Assembly: GCA_963817955.1 (NCBI GenBank)
Contig: CAWFQK010000002.1
Span: 416,001 to 480,000 of the forward strand
Source of the DNA: an uncultured Gemmatimonadaceae bacterium
GTDB lineage: Bacteria > Gemmatimonadota > Gemmatimonadetes > Gemmatimonadales > Gemmatimonadaceae
Direction: 5' to 3'
Length of the DNA stretch: 64,000 bases
Shown: in pieces, positions 21,518 to 32,665 of the stretch
How positions within the stretch are numbered: position 1 is the stretch's first letter
How the letters are laid out: the number at the start of each line of letters is the position of its first letter
Translations under genes and position numbers: made by a program
Notes under the pieces: model-generated
Databases searched by the model: none
Told to the model about the DNA's origin: nothing
The model's input: only the letters and a program-made list of their open reading frames with translations

Positions 21518-23796
21518 GTGGGATCGCTGGTACGTCGTTCCTGGTTCGAACCCAAACAGGCTGTACGAACGCTCAGTTTCATTGGCGCGCTCGTCGCCGG
21601 CGTTACGTGCAGCGATCAGCCGCTCGTGGCCCCCAAGCATATCGTCGCGCCGGGCCACGCTGCCTTCGCGATGGCCCCGGCGTTCTCCGTGCTTCCGGCG
21701 GGCGGTCCAACGATCATCCTGTCCAAGGTCAGAGCGCTCCTCATCAGCGCCCAGAACGACACGCTCGCCGTTGAAGCCAACTTCCAGGGCGATAGCGCCA
21801 TCCTGCTGTTCGACGTTCAGTTCACCGGGAATTCAGCTGACTATACGCTCGACCTCTCGGCGTTCGACAGTCAGGACGTTCTCGCATATCACTACTCCGA
21901 GTCCATCACGCTGAAGCCGGGCGACAACCCGTCGATCCCGACACCAGTACTGGAGCCAGCCGGCCCGTACGCGGCGATCAAAACAGTGAAGGTGAGCCCA
22001 ACCTCTCTGCAGTTGAACGCGGGGGCAACGTCGAACCTGAGCGTCACAGGCGCGGACGCGAGCGGTCATCCGGTCACGCCCGTCGTAGTCGGATGGACCT
22101 CGCGAGACAGTACGGTCGCTACGGTGGACCAGAACGGCCTCGTCCGCGCGGGAGCATTCCAGGGCTCGACGTTCATCGTCGCCCGGACGGTCACGTCGAT
22201 CACCGATTCGATACAGGTCAAGGTGAAGGCGCCAGTGGCCAAGGTGCTCGTCGCTCCAGCGAGCCTGCAGATCATTCGTGGGCAAAGCGCCGCCGTGGGC
22301 GCCGAACTGCGCGACGCGGGCAATCATCTGATCGATGACCGCACGGCAACATGGAACTCGTCGGACACGAGCATCGCCACTGTCTCGGCGGCAGGCGTCA
22401 TTCAAGGAATCAAAGTGGGCGCCGCGACCATCACGGCGACCGCCGAAGGACAGACGGGCACAGCAGCAGCGACGGTGGTATCGCCGATCGATCACGTCGA
22501 GATCATGCCGACGTCACTCAACCTGACGACACTCACTCCGACGGCTTATGTAACGACGAAGATCGTGCCGCGCACGGGTGGGGTAGTCGATGGCATCGCG
22601 GTGAGCCTCTCGTCGAACAACCCGGCAGTTGCGACGGTCGATGCCAATGGCCTCGTCACGGCAATCGCCAATGGAAACGCGGTCATCACGGCGACGGCCG
22701 AGACCTTCAATGCCACATCGGCCGTGACCGTGAACCTGGCGGGCACCCTGTTGGCGCTCAACGTTTGGTCGGCCGAGAAATTGCCGGGCGGCACACAGCA
22801 GTTCAACGTCGTTTCGGGCGGCAGCGGACCATTTACCTGGACCGTGAACAACGTTGCCGGTGGCAATGTCACGTTCGGGAGTATCACGACCTCGGGCTTC
22901 TACACCGCGCCAACGTCGGTGCCCTCGCCGGCAACATTCGATGTATGCGCAGTGCAGGCCAACCCGGCGGAGAAGGGTTGCGCCCATGTCACGATCAATC
23001 CGGTGCCGACGTCAGGGGCGGATGTGATCGTCTTCAACGACATCAATACGTTCGACGACGGCGGGGCTTACGATCCGAACAATCAACTGATGTATCGCAA
23101 TCTGGTGAATTTCACGGGCACCGGACCGCGAGTCACGAAGACCGGCGTGATGATGTATTCGGGTCACCAAGCTCGATGAACCCAGTTGGCCTGACGTCCT
23201 TTCGTTCGGTGATCACGAATGCGGGGTTCACCATCGACGACGTCATCACCGACCTCACCGCCGCGATCGACCCGAAATACAAAGCCGTCTTCCTTCTCCT
23301 ACCGAGCGTTCCGTTCACGGTCGCCGAGATCAACAACCTCAAGGCATTTTCCGCCGACGGGGGACGAATCGTTTTCATTGGGGAGCATGAGGGGTTTTAC
23401 CTTGCGGCCGGCATCTCAACCGAGAATACGTTCTTTCAGAACATGGGTGCGCAGATGACCAATAGCGGCGGCGCGTTTGACTGCGGCACCTACATTGCCG
23501 AGCCGGCAAGCAGGTTGCGCCCGCATCAGGTCACCACCGGCTTGACGCAACTGACGATCGCATGTGCGTCTGAGGTGATTCCCGGACCGAACGATTACCC
23601 GTTCTTGTACAGCCTGGACGGACTTCACGTGCTAGCGGCGGCGGCGAAGGTCGACGTATCGCCGCTGACCGCCGCGAACAGCTTGTTGCGCCCGGCACAG
23701 CGTAGCACAAACAAGATCCCGGCCACCGGGTCCAGCACTGGCACCGTGATCAGTCGGTATCCGACTGACACACAGGGGCGGCCGATCAAGCCGTAG
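21518..23796 (+). pseudogene. Large exported Ig-like (Big_2 repeat) protein with C-terminal alpha/beta domain, split by a frameshift near 23170
   Basis: Repeats WTSRDSTVATVD.NG.V, WNSSDTSIATVS, SSNNPAVATVDANG; frame 1 stops at 23179 and the coding-like sequence continues in the -1 frame to 23796; SD GGAGG before GTG 21518. Confidence 0.7.
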
Positions 23797-23816
23797 GAGA
23801 CACGAGACACCGAAGG

Positions 23817-23846
23817 CCTGTCATCCTGAGTGAAGCGCGAAGGATC
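23817..23846 (+). repeat. REP-like element CCTGTCATCCTGAG-GAAGCG-AAGGATC
   Basis: Matches the reverse complement of 27227-27254 with 1 mismatch and a 2-nt insertion. Confidence 0.75.
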
Positions 23847-23860
23847 TCGGAGACCGGCAG

Positions 23861-24120
23861 AACAGCTTTTGAACACAGAGGCCGCAGAGAACTGCAAGAG
23901 AACTGCAGAGGAACACCGAGTAGATCTTATCCGGATGTCTTGGCTGATGCGGTCGTGACGCTCGGAGTCGCGCAGCTGAGAGATAGGATCATCTGAGAGA
24001 CCGAATCATCTGAGCGATGGGATCATCCGACAGGTGGATCACCTCTAGCGTTCCACCTGCACGTGCTTCTCTCTGCAGTTCTCCTGCAGTTCTCTGCGAC
24101 CTCTGCGTTCAATAGCTGTT
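23861..24120. repeat. 260-bp MITE-like element with 50-bp terminal inverted repeats
   Basis: 23861-23910 vs reverse complement of 24071-24120: 46/50 identical. Confidence 0.8.
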
Positions 24121-24166
24121 GGGCCGCTCTGCGTTGACAAAGACAACTGGACACGGGACGGTCCAA

Positions 24167-26230
24167 CTACGTCCGCAACTGCCCTGCCACGACTTCCGCG
24201 ATGTCCAGCACCGGCACGTCCGAATCCTTGGCCTTCAACCCATCGGCGATCATCGTCATGCAGAACGGACAGGCCACGGCGATTGTCTCTGCGCCCGTCG
24301 CCAGCAGTTCCTCGGTGCGTTCGACGTTGATGCGTTTCCCCTCCCGCTCCTCCATGAACATGCGCCCGCCGCCGGCACCGCAGCACAGGCCGCGGTCCTT
24401 CGTCCGCGGCGGCTCGACGAGGGCCACGATCGGGAGCGCGCGCCTGAGCGTCTCGCGTGGGGCGTCGTAGACGTCGTTGTACCGGCCGAGATAGCAGGAG
24501 TCGTGATACGCAACCGTCAGCTGCTTGCCCTCGGCGGTCTGCAGCGGAACACGGTCTTCCTGGAGCAGCCGCTCGATGTAACTCGAGTGGTGAATGACCT
24601 CGTAGTTGCCTCCCAGCTGTGGGAATTCATTCCCGAGTTGATGGAAGCAATGCGGGCAGATCGTGACGATCGTCTTCACGTCGTACTTGTCGAGCGTACT
24701 GATCGTGTCAGTGGCGAGCGTCTGATACAGGTACTCATTGCCCATGCGGCGGGCCGGATCACCGTGGCAATGCTCTTCCTGGCCCAGGATGGCAAAGTTG
24801 ATGTCGCATGCTTTGAGAATGCGAGCGAAGGCAACGCTGATCTTCTTCGCGCGGTCGTCGAACGACCCCATGCAGCCAACCCAGAACAGAATGTCTGGGT
24901 GTTCACCGCGCTCCATGAGCTCGGCCATGGTATTGATCTCGAGACCATCTGCCCACTGCGCGCGATCGGCCGGATTGAACGCCCATGGCGAACCGTTGCG
25001 CTCCAGCGATTCGAACGCCGGCTGCACTTCCTCGGGAAAGCGCGACTCGGTCAGCACCAGATAGCGGCGCATCTGGTTGATGATGTCGAGCTGGTCGATC
25101 GAAACCGGGCATTCCTGCACGCACGCGCGGCAGCTCGTACACTGCCAGAGCTCTTCCTCGCTGATGTATGTGCCGAGGAGGGCATGGTCCATGACCTGCG
25201 TCCCCGCGAGCGCTCCAGCATCCAGGCCGTGTGGCAGCGCCGGACGCCTGAAGTCCATCCGCTCGCCGGTAACGACAGGGGCTTTCTCCATCAGCCGCTG
25301 ACGCGTGTTGATGACGATCTTTCGTGGACTGAGAATCTTCCCGGTGATGTTCGCCGGACATGCCGCCGTGCAGCGGCCGCATTCGGTGCACGAGTAGCCG
25401 TCGAGCAAATTCTTCCACGATAAATGCTCCACGTCGGATGCGCCGAACTGCTCGACGTCGGCCTCCAGGTCCATGGGCCGCATCAGGCCCTTCTGCCCCG
25501 GCCCGTCGGTGTTGGACAGGAAGACGTTGATCAGCGACGTGACAACGTGCAGGTGCTTGGAGTACGGCAGGTAATTCAGAAAGACAAGGATGAGCAGCGC
25601 ATGCGACCACCAGAAGACCTGGGCGATGGGCGCAGGGTGCGCAGCAAACGGCGCGACCATCGCCGCGACGGCGCGGGAAACGATCTTCTCTGGGCCGACC
25701 GTGCTCGGATCCACGTTGTACTGAAAGGCGTTCGTCAGCAACAGCGTGACCATCAGTCCGCCGATCATCCCGAGAATGATCAGGGCGTCGGCGTGCTCGA
25801 GATTGTCGCCGTCGAGCCGGCGCGGGTGCAATACCAGCCGACGGTAGAATGCATAGACGATGGCGCCGAGGACGAACAGGGCGAACACGTCCTGCGACAA
25901 AGAGTAGAACTGGTATACCGGCCGCGGCAGGATCAATGCGTATGAGAATCCGCGAAACACACCCTGGATGAGCAGTTCCACGGTGCCTACTGTCAGCACC
26001 ATGAACCCCCAGAAGATCAGGGCGTGCATGGTGCCGGCGACGGGATCGCGAAAGATCTTTCTCTGCGCGATAGCGATCGTCAACAGATTCTTCAACCGCA
26101 CCAACGGATGATCCGTGCGGTTTTCGGCGTAGCCGAGCCGCATGTACGCCACCAGACGCTGCACGTTGAGCGCAAAGAAACCTGCGCCCAGCACCAGCAC
26201 GAAGGCGAACACCGCGTTGGAGGCCGTCAT
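24167..26230 (-). CDS. Membrane-bound Fe-S oxidoreductase (FadF/HdrD-like, ETF-linked)
   Basis: TM N-terminus; [27 protein letters not shown] domains ([21 protein letters not shown]). Confidence 0.9.
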   Translation of the reverse strand: MTASNAVFAFVLVLGAGFFALNVQRLVAYMRLGYAENRTDHPLVRLKNLLTIAIAQRKIFRDPVAGTMHALIFWGFMVLTVGTVELLIQGVFRGFSYALILPRPVYQFYSLSQDVFALFVLGAIVYAFYRRLVLHPRRLDGDNLEHADALIILGMIGGLMVTLLLTNAFQYNVDPSTVGPEKIVSRAVAAMVAPFAAHPAPIAQVFWWSHALLILVFLNYLPYSKHLHVVTSLINVFLSNTDGPGQKGLMRPMDLEADVEQFGASDVEHLSWKNLLDGYSCTECGRCTAACPANITGKILSPRKIVINTRQRLMEKAPVVTGERMDFRRPALPHGLDAGALAGTQVMDHALLGTYISEEELWQCTSCRACVQECPVSIDQLDIINQMRRYLVLTESRFPEEVQPAFESLERNGSPWAFNPADRAQWADGLEINTMAELMERGEHPDILFWVGCMGSFDDRAKKISVAFARILKACDINFAILGQEEHCHGDPARRMGNEYLYQTLATDTISTLDKYDVKTIVTICPHCFHQLGNEFPQLGGNYEVIHHSSYIERLLQEDRVPLQTAEGKQLTVAYHDSCYLGRYNDVYDAPRETLRRALPIVALVEPPRTKDRGLCCGAGGGRMFMEEREGKRINVERTEELLATGAETIAVACPFCMTMIADGLKAKDSDVPVLDIAEVVAGQLRT

Positions 26231-27219
26231 CAGTGCTCTACTTTTGCCTCGTGCACGGCTTTGGTGAGCGCTGGCACTACTTCGAGCGCGTCGCCGACAA
26301 TGCCATAGTCCGCGACTTTGAAGATCGGCGCTTCCTTGTCCTTGTTGATCGCGACAATCGTCTTCGAGGTGCGCATACCGGCTAGATGCTGAATGGCGCC
26401 CGAGATGCCGACGGCAACGTAGAGCTGCGGGCTGACCTGTCGCCCGGTCTGGCCAATCTGATCGCTGTGCGGACGCCAGCCGTCATCGGTGACGGCACGC
26501 GTGGCGCCAACAGCGGCGTTGCCGAACGCAGCGGCGAGCGCTTCCACCAAGCTGAAGTTCTCCGCCGCCCGCAATCCGCGGCCGCCCGCTATGATCACCG
26601 GTGCTTCGCCGAGGTCGATCTTCCCCTTTCCGCCTTCCACCATCTCCTTCACCACTACGCACGACGCCGCCGGCTCGGCCGCGAGCGCCATCGCTTCCAC
26701 ACGATGTGCGACGGGCGATGGGACTGCCGTGAACGCGTTGGGTCGCAGGGTGAGTACGGCGAGCGGTCCCTTCACCTCGAGCGTCGCGATGATCTTGTTT
26801 GCATACGCGGGATGCTTGACGATGAGTGAGTCACCAGCCGCCCGGATCTCGGTGATGTCGGCGGCGATAGGCGCATCGAGCTTGACGGCAACGCGCGGAC
26901 CGATGTCGCGCCCCTGCGCCGAGAAGCCGAGGACGACGGCGCGATAGCTGCCCGCCTTGGCGCGGGCCGCGATGGTCGCCGCCACGACTTCGCGATCAAA
27001 GGTGGCGAGACCGGGGTGCTCGGCGACGACGACAACATTGGCGCCATGCTGCCCGAGCGCGTCGGCGACTGAGCCGATCCCGGGAGGGCCAGCGACGAGC
27101 GCATGCACTTCGCCGCCACCGGTGGCGTCGGCAAGCGCGCGCGCCGCGGTCACTGCTTCGAGCGCAACTTTCCGGAGCGCGTTGCCGCGCGTCTCGGCGA
27201 ATACGAGAATATTGGACAT
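26230..27219 (-). CDS. etfA: Electron transfer flavoprotein alpha subunit
   Basis: [42 protein letters not shown]. Confidence 0.96.
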   Translation of the reverse strand: MSNILVFAETRGNALRKVALEAVTAARALADATGGGEVHALVAGPPGIGSVADALGQHGANVVVVAEHPGLATFDREVVAATIAARAKAGSYRAVVLGFSAQGRDIGPRVAVKLDAPIAADITEIRAAGDSLIVKHPAYANKIIATLEVKGPLAVLTLRPNAFTAVPSPVAHRVEAMALAAEPAASCVVVKEMVEGGKGKIDLGEAPVIIAGGRGLRAAENFSLVEALAAAFGNAAVGATRAVTDDGWRPHSDQIGQTGRQVSPQLYVAVGISGAIQHLAGMRTSKTIVAINKDKEAPIFKVADYGIVGDALEVVPALTKAVHEAKVEH

Positions 27220-27226
27220 TCGAAGG

Positions 27227-27297
27227 GATCCTTCGCTTCGCTCAGGATGACAGGCTGGTCAGGATGACAGGATGGTCAGGCCGCTCAGGATGACAGG
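27227..27297 (-). repeat. REP-like element plus tandem TCAGGATGACAGG copies between etfB and etfA
   Basis: TCAGGATGACAGG at 27242, 27259 and 27285. Confidence 0.8.
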
Positions 27298-27301
27298 ATG
27301 G

Positions 27302-28054
27302 TCACAGAATCTTCGCTTCGGTCTGCAGAAGACGAACGAGCTCGGGGACCGCGGCAACCCCTTCGCCAATGATCCGACCCGCCGGACGCTCGGGCGGCAG
27401 CTCCATCGACTTGACCGTGATCCGCGCCTCGCCGAGCTGCGCGGGCTTGCTCTCCATCGGCTTCTTCTTTGCCGACATGATGCCCTTGAGCGACGGATAA
27501 CGCGGCCGCGCAATGCCCTCGTCGATCGTCACCACGGCGGGTAGCGGGAACTCGACGATTTCGGCTGCGCCCTCGAGCTCGCGGCGTGCCGTGCCGCGGC
27601 CGTTCGCGATGTCGAGCTTGGACGCCGCGGTGACGCATGGGACGCCGAGCAATTCAGCCGTCGCCGTCCCGACGATGCCGGATGACGTATCGAACGCGTG
27701 CTTGCCGAACAGTATCAGATCGAACCCACCGTTCTTGAGCTCCGAGGCGAGCGCCTTGGCAACCGCGAGGCCGTCGTAAGGAATGCCGTCGGTCTTGAGC
27801 TGCACCGCGCGATCGATTCCCATGCTCATCGCTTTGCGCAGCGTCTCCTGAACGCTGTCAGGGCCCACGGCGTAGACCACGGTCTCGCCTGGGCCCTGCT
27901 TTTCATTGAGCTGCAGCGCGACTTCCACCGCATAACTGGCGAAGTCGTCGATGTCGAATTTGAGCCCCGTCTCGTCGATCGCTGTCGTGGACGCGGCAAC
28001 CTTGAAGCGTGACTCCGAATCCGGAGTGCGCTTGATACAGACGGCAATTTTCAC
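27302..28054 (-). CDS. etfB: Electron transfer flavoprotein beta subunit
   Basis: KIAVCIKRTPD, YAVE.AL, AMSMG.D, PRYPSLKGIMSAKKKP. Confidence 0.95.
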   Translation of the reverse strand: MKIAVCIKRTPDSESRFKVAASTTAIDETGLKFDIDDFASYAVEVALQLNEKQGPGETVVYAVGPDSVQETLRKAMSMGIDRAVQLKTDGIPYDGLAVAKALASELKNGGFDLILFGKHAFDTSSGIVGTATAELLGVPCVTAASKLDIANGRGTARRELEGAAEIVEFPLPAVVTIDEGIARPRYPSLKGIMSAKKKPMESKPAQLGEARITVKSMELPPERPAGRIIGEGVAAVPELVRLLQTEAKIL

Positions 28055-28166
28055 CGCCGGACCTCACTCGGGTTTGAATTCAGGCGCAAGTTAGCCGAGC
28101 AACGTCCCTTTGTCAGTCGGGTCCGTAACGTCAGGGATTGGGTGGATCCGCCCACACGTCTGCGCG

Positions 28167-29339
28167 CTACTTGAACGCGTTCATCCCTGTTACGGCCTGG
28201 CCCAGGATGAGCGAGTGCACATCGTGCGTGCCTTCGTACGTGTAGACGCTCTCCAGATTCGCCATGTGCCGCATGGCCGAGTACTCGGCCAGGATGCCGT
28301 TGGCGCCAAGGAGCCGGCGCGTCTCCCGCGCAATGTCCGTCGCCATGCTGACGTTGTTGCGTTTGGCGAGCGACACCTGCTGGGGCGTGAGGGTGCCGAG
28401 ATCCTTGAGACGCCCAAGGTGCAGCGACACTAACTGCGCCTTCACGATTTCAGTGAGCATGTCGGCGAGCCGCACCTGCTGGATCTGGAAGCCGCCGATC
28501 GGCCGGTCGAACATGATGCGCGTCTTCGAGTACGCCAGCGCTTCCTCGAAACAGGCCATCGCCGCGCCAATCGCGCCCCAGGAGATACCGTAGCGCGCCT
28601 GCGTCAGACACATGAGCGGACTCTTGAGGCCGCCCGACTTCGGCAAGATCGCGTCGGCGGGGAGCTCGAGGTCCTGAAACACCAACTCGCTCGTGTCACT
28701 GGCACGGAGCGAGAGCTTGCCCTTCTGATCCTTGGCCTTGAAGCCCTTGCTGTCTGTGGGGACGACGAATCCACGAATCGACCGGTCGGCCTTGTCACCG
28801 TTCGTCTTTGCCCAGACCACCGCGATGTGCGCCGCAGACCCATTGGTGATCCACATCTTGGCGCCGTTGACGAGCCACGTGCCGTCCTTCTGCTCGTGCG
28901 CCATGGTGATCATACCCGATGGATTCGAGCCGAAATCCGGCTCGGTGAGGCCAAAGCAGCCGATCACCTCGCCCTTGGCCATGCGCGGCAGATACTTCCT
29001 TTTCTGTTCTTCGCTGCCGAACGCGTAGATCGGATACATGGCCAGCGCGCCCTGCACCGACGCGAACGAGCGTACGCCCGAGTCGCCACGCTCGAGCTCC
29101 TGCATTATGAGGCCGTAGGCCACGTTGTTCAGCCCCGCGCAGCCGTACTCCTCGGGCAGGTTCGCACCGAACACGCCGAGCTCGGCGAGATCGGGCAGAA
29201 TTTCGCGTGGGAAGCGGCCGTCCACGTACGCTTGGCCGATGATCGGCATCACGCGTTCGTCAACGAACTGGCGCACGCTGTCGCGAACGGCGCGTTCTTC
29301 TTCCGACAGGACTGAATCGATATTGAGAAAGTCGAGCAT
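28167..29339 (-). CDS. Acyl-CoA dehydrogenase, glutaryl-CoA dehydrogenase-like
   Basis: ELERGDSG.RS..SVQ, GCFGLTEPDFGSNP, KMWITNG, NLESVYTYEGTHD. Confidence 0.92.
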   Translation of the reverse strand: MLDFLNIDSVLSEEERAVRDSVRQFVDERVMPIIGQAYVDGRFPREILPDLAELGVFGANLPEEYGCAGLNNVAYGLIMQELERGDSGVRSFASVQGALAMYPIYAFGSEEQKRKYLPRMAKGEVIGCFGLTEPDFGSNPSGMITMAHEQKDGTWLVNGAKMWITNGSAAHIAVVWAKTNGDKADRSIRGFVVPTDSKGFKAKDQKGKLSLRASDTSELVFQDLELPADAILPKSGGLKSPLMCLTQARYGISWGAIGAAMACFEEALAYSKTRIMFDRPIGGFQIQQVRLADMLTEIVKAQLVSLHLGRLKDLGTLTPQQVSLAKRNNVSMATDIARETRRLLGANGILAEYSAMRHMANLESVYTYEGTHDVHSLILGQAVTGMNAFK

Positions 29340-29368
29340 TGGGGTCTGGTTTAGGTGTGCGAAATCTA

Positions 29369-30076
29369 CTACCGCCGTGCGACGGCGCGCTTCGCCGCCG
29401 CTTCAATCCCCACTTCGCGGGCTTTGTCGCGGAAGGCCCGCAAGTGGTCGATGGGCCGGCCAGTCTCGTCCTGCCACTGGTGCACCATCTCGTGCAGCAG
29501 TGTGTGGAGCGCTTCGTCCCACCCGTGTCGGCGCAGGTGGCTCCAGCTGATCGCGATCTCGGCACCGACGCCACCGGCCGCCGCCGAATAATGACCAAGG
29601 CGGCTCTGCATGCGACGCGACACGCGCACGGGTACGGGCTTGAGGGCGCCGCCGAAATGCTCGCCATTGAGCCGGGCATGCCAGAGGGTGAGGCGCTCGG
29701 CGAGCGGCTCATCGTCCGGCCGCGTGCGCTGGCGGCGCGTGGGGGCCCGCGGGGGCACCGAGACCTTGAACGACACGATCCGCTTCTGCGCCAGGCGCCG
29801 CTCGGCACGCGTGCGTCCTTCGACAAACGTGACGATCGCCTGATGCACGTCGGCCGGTGCCGCGAGATACCCCTCGTGCACGCGAAGGTCCAGTCCGCGA
29901 AAGCTCACCATCACGTTGCGGTTGGCGGTGAGCCGACAGCGCGCAATCCGTTTCAGTCCCATGGCACGCAATCGTTCGAGCAGGTCATCGGCGGTGCGCG
30001 GCACGGCGTCGAGATCCAGCGCAAGCTGGGCGGGGTCGCGTCGGGGGCCGAAAACCGATCTCAGCGCGCGTAGCAT
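29369..30076 (-). CDS. SprT-like zinc metalloprotease
   Basis: SRRMQSRLG, TLLHEMVHQWQ, DH...F. Confidence 0.85.
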   Translation of the reverse strand: MLRALRSVFGPRRDPAQLALDLDAVPRTADDLLERLRAMGLKRIARCRLTANRNVMVSFRGLDLRVHEGYLAAPADVHQAIVTFVEGRTRAERRLAQKRIVSFKVSVPPRAPTRRQRTRPDDEPLAERLTLWHARLNGEHFGGALKPVPVRVSRRMQSRLGHYSAAAGGVGAEIAISWSHLRRHGWDEALHTLLHEMVHQWQDETGRPIDHLRAFRDKAREVGIEAAAKRAVARR

Positions 30077-30888
30077 TTCACGGGTCCCGCGACAAAGTCG
30101 CGCTCGTCATCGGACCACAAGAGCGTGGAGACCTCGATGTCGTTCTCGGTGATACGGATGCTGTTGACGGACGACGGCCGGCCGCCGCGCGACCGATTGC
30201 TGATCGTTCCCGACGTGGAGATGATCGTGCCGCGCTTGGTGTGCTCTATGTAATGCACGGCTTCCTGGTGATCGTGGCCGCAGAGCACCAGGTTGACGTC
30301 CATCTCGGCGAACGCACCCAGGATGCGTTGTGTGTTCTTCAGCCCGTGGCGCTGCGACAGCTCGCCCTTCACGGGATTGTGGTGCATGACGATGATCCGC
30401 GCATCGCCGGCACGCGACTGTTCGAATTCCGCGCGCGCGCGCTCGATCTGTCCCCGGCTCAGATGACCGATGATCGAAATGTCGCGCATGTTCCAGGTGA
30501 GCGTCTGGCGCATCACGCCTTGAGACGTGTTCAGCCCGACGAAGCTGGCTCCGGGCACGCGGAGTACCGGCTCGAGGTCCTTACTGATGTACGCCCGATA
30601 CTTGGCGAACATCCTCATGGGATCGCCGAATCCAAGCGGCGAGAGCCACCAGGCCACGTCATGATTGCCCGGCACAACGATAGTCTGGCTGACCTTCTCG
30701 GCCTGCCGGATGAATTCGCGCGCACGCTGGAACTCTCCCGCCCGCGCCCGCTGGGAGACATCGCCCGAGATGGCCACCACATCGTACTTGCGGTCCTGGA
30801 TCAGCGCGTCGATCGCCTCGTACTGCTCGGGCACCGCCGGGTGACCGAAGTGCAGATCACTGCAATGAAACAGGGTCGTGAGGCTCAC
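30061..30888 (-). CDS. Metallophosphoesterase (calcineurin-like)
   Basis: SDLHFG, SGD, PGNHD, MHH, GHDH; GTGA overlap with upstream gene. Confidence 0.9.
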   Translation of the reverse strand: MSLTTLFHCSDLHFGHPAVPEQYEAIDALIQDRKYDVVAISGDVSQRARAGEFQRAREFIRQAEKVSQTIVVPGNHDVAWWLSPLGFGDPMRMFAKYRAYISKDLEPVLRVPGASFVGLNTSQGVMRQTLTWNMRDISIIGHLSRGQIERARAEFEQSRAGDARIIVMHHNPVKGELSQRHGLKNTQRILGAFAEMDVNLVLCGHDHQEAVHYIEHTKRGTIISTSGTISNRSRGGRPSSVNSIRITENDIEVSTLLWSDDERDFVAGPVKCYAR

Positions 30889-31898
30889 AACTTGGCGATG
30901 ATGGCGTCTGTGAACTGATCGGTGGTGGCGGTGCCACCGAGGTCGCGCGTCACGGTTTCCCCTGCACGGACGGTGCGTTCGAGTGCGGCGCGAATCCGCT
31001 TGGCATGATCGTGGTTCCCGATATGATCGAGCATCATACAGGCTGCCAGCACGAGTGCGCACGGGTTGGCCACGCCCCGGCCGGCAATATCGGGCGCCGT
31101 TCCGTGTACCGCCTCGAAGATGGCGCCGTTCACGCCAATGTTCGCGCCCGGCGCCAGCCCCAGGCCGCCGACCAGGCCGGAGATCTGATCCGACAAGATG
31201 TCGCCAAACAGATTCGTCGTCACGATGACGTCGAACCGTTCTGGATGGAGCACCAGGTTCATGGCCATGGCGTCCACGATGCGCTCTTCGAACACGATCT
31301 GGCCGGCGTAGTCGCGGGCGACCATGCGGCCTGTATCGAGGAATAGCCCCTGCGAGAACTTCAAGATGTTCGCCTTGTGCACGAGCGTGACCTTCTTGCG
31401 CCCGTGCTTCACCGCGTACTCGAAGGCGTAGCGCACGATACGCTCCGAACCGGCGCGGGTGATGATCGCGATCGACTCCGCCGCGGCGCGTGGGTCGTCG
31501 CCCACGCGGATGTAGTGCTCGATACCGACGTACAAGCCCTCGGTGTTCTCGCGAATCATCACGAGATCGAGGTCCTGGTATCGTCCATCCGACAAGATCG
31601 AATAGGCGGGACGGACGTTGGCGTAGAGATCGAACGTCTTGCGGAGGGCGACGTTGCTCGATCGATACCCTTCACCAATGGGTGTCTCGAGCGGGCCCTT
31701 CAGGGCAAGCTTCGTGCGTCGAATCGAGTCCAGCGTCGCGTCGGGAATCGGATCGCCGAAACGAGCGATGCCGGCCATACCCGCGAGTTGGGTATCCCAC
31801 TCGATATTCGCGCCGGCCGCGTCCAGGATGCGGACTGTGGCGTTCGCGATGGACGGCCCAATGCCGTCGCCGGGAATGAGCGTTACTTGAGTCGACAT
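30885..31898 (-). CDS. Isocitrate/isopropylmalate dehydrogenase family (NAD-IDH-like)
   Basis: PGDGIGP, IRENTEGLY, VHKANILK, NLFGDILSD, FEAVHGTAPDIAG. Confidence 0.92.
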   Translation of the reverse strand: MSTQVTLIPGDGIGPSIANATVRILDAAGANIEWDTQLAGMAGIARFGDPIPDATLDSIRRTKLALKGPLETPIGEGYRSSNVALRKTFDLYANVRPAYSILSDGRYQDLDLVMIRENTEGLYVGIEHYIRVGDDPRAAAESIAIITRAGSERIVRYAFEYAVKHGRKKVTLVHKANILKFSQGLFLDTGRMVARDYAGQIVFEERIVDAMAMNLVLHPERFDVIVTTNLFGDILSDQISGLVGGLGLAPGANIGVNGAIFEAVHGTAPDIAGRGVANPCALVLAACMMLDHIGNHDHAKRIRAALERTVRAGETVTRDLGGTATTDQFTDAIIAKL

Positions 31899-31930
31899 GA
31901 ATCAGTGCTGAAGGTGTTGGGGGCGCGGGC

Positions 31931-32575
31931 TCACGGCACGGCCACCACGTTCGCCAGGCGCGCGGCAATGCTTGCCGTAATGGCCGGTCCGAACGCCGCG
32001 ACGGTGTCGCTCGCAATGTTACCCACCCAGCGCACGTTGGAGTAGCGCGGATCGACGAGCACCAAGCGAAGCACACCACGTCCGCCGGTGCCGGCCTTCT
32101 CGAAGCGCAGCTCGACCGGCGCCAGCACCAGACGCGCGTTTTCATGGAGCGCGATGAGCGTCCGAAGTTGCGACGACAGTGGCTCGGGGAGCCGAACGTC
32201 ACCCGCGAGATTGGGAGAGCGTAGCGGCTCCTCGGACAGCGCGTACGGATCCGTCGCGTACGTGGAGTTGCGCTGGTAGCTCGCCTGGAGATCGGCGGGA
32301 AAGATCCAGACCTTTCTGAGGCCACGTTCGTCGAGCGCGGCCAGGATGTCGGCATCCAACATACGCTTCACAGCCGTCGGCGAGCCGATGGCCGCGGCCC
32401 ACCCTAGCTCCGGCGCAATGGTGACGGCGTAGGTCGGCAAGACCACGATGGGCTGCCCCGCCAAACCCGAGAGTGCGTGCTCGGAGGGCTCCGGCGCGGT
32501 GTTGGGCGCCGGCGTCCCGCCACACGCCGCGACGAACGCGATCGCGAAGAGAAGGCGGACGGAGGGGAGGCGCAT
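31931..32575 (-). CDS. Hypothetical lipoprotein
   Basis: Lipobox VAAC; fills the gap with plausible codon usage. Confidence 0.75.
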   Translation of the reverse strand: MRLPSVRLLFAIAFVAACGGTPAPNTAPEPSEHALSGLAGQPIVVLPTYAVTIAPELGWAAAIGSPTAVKRMLDADILAALDERGLRKVWIFPADLQASYQRNSTYATDPYALSEEPLRSPNLAGDVRLPEPLSSQLRTLIALHENARLVLAPVELRFEKAGTGGRGVLRLVLVDPRYSNVRWVGNIASDTVAAFGPAITASIAARLANVVAVP

Positions 32576-32665
32576 GGGCGGAAGATAATGGGTGGCCCCT
32601 TGTAGTCACGTTCCTCATGCGACAATTTGGCCGCGAGCTTCGCCCCTCTCCGGAGTCACTCCTCA

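Noticed and set aside
23861..24120. CRISPR array
   Set aside because: Repeats are inverted or short and irregular, with no constant repeat-spacer period and no cas genes
27227..27303. Mini-CRISPR between etfB and etfA
   Set aside because: 13-bp units with 4- and 13-nt gaps; better explained as REP fragments
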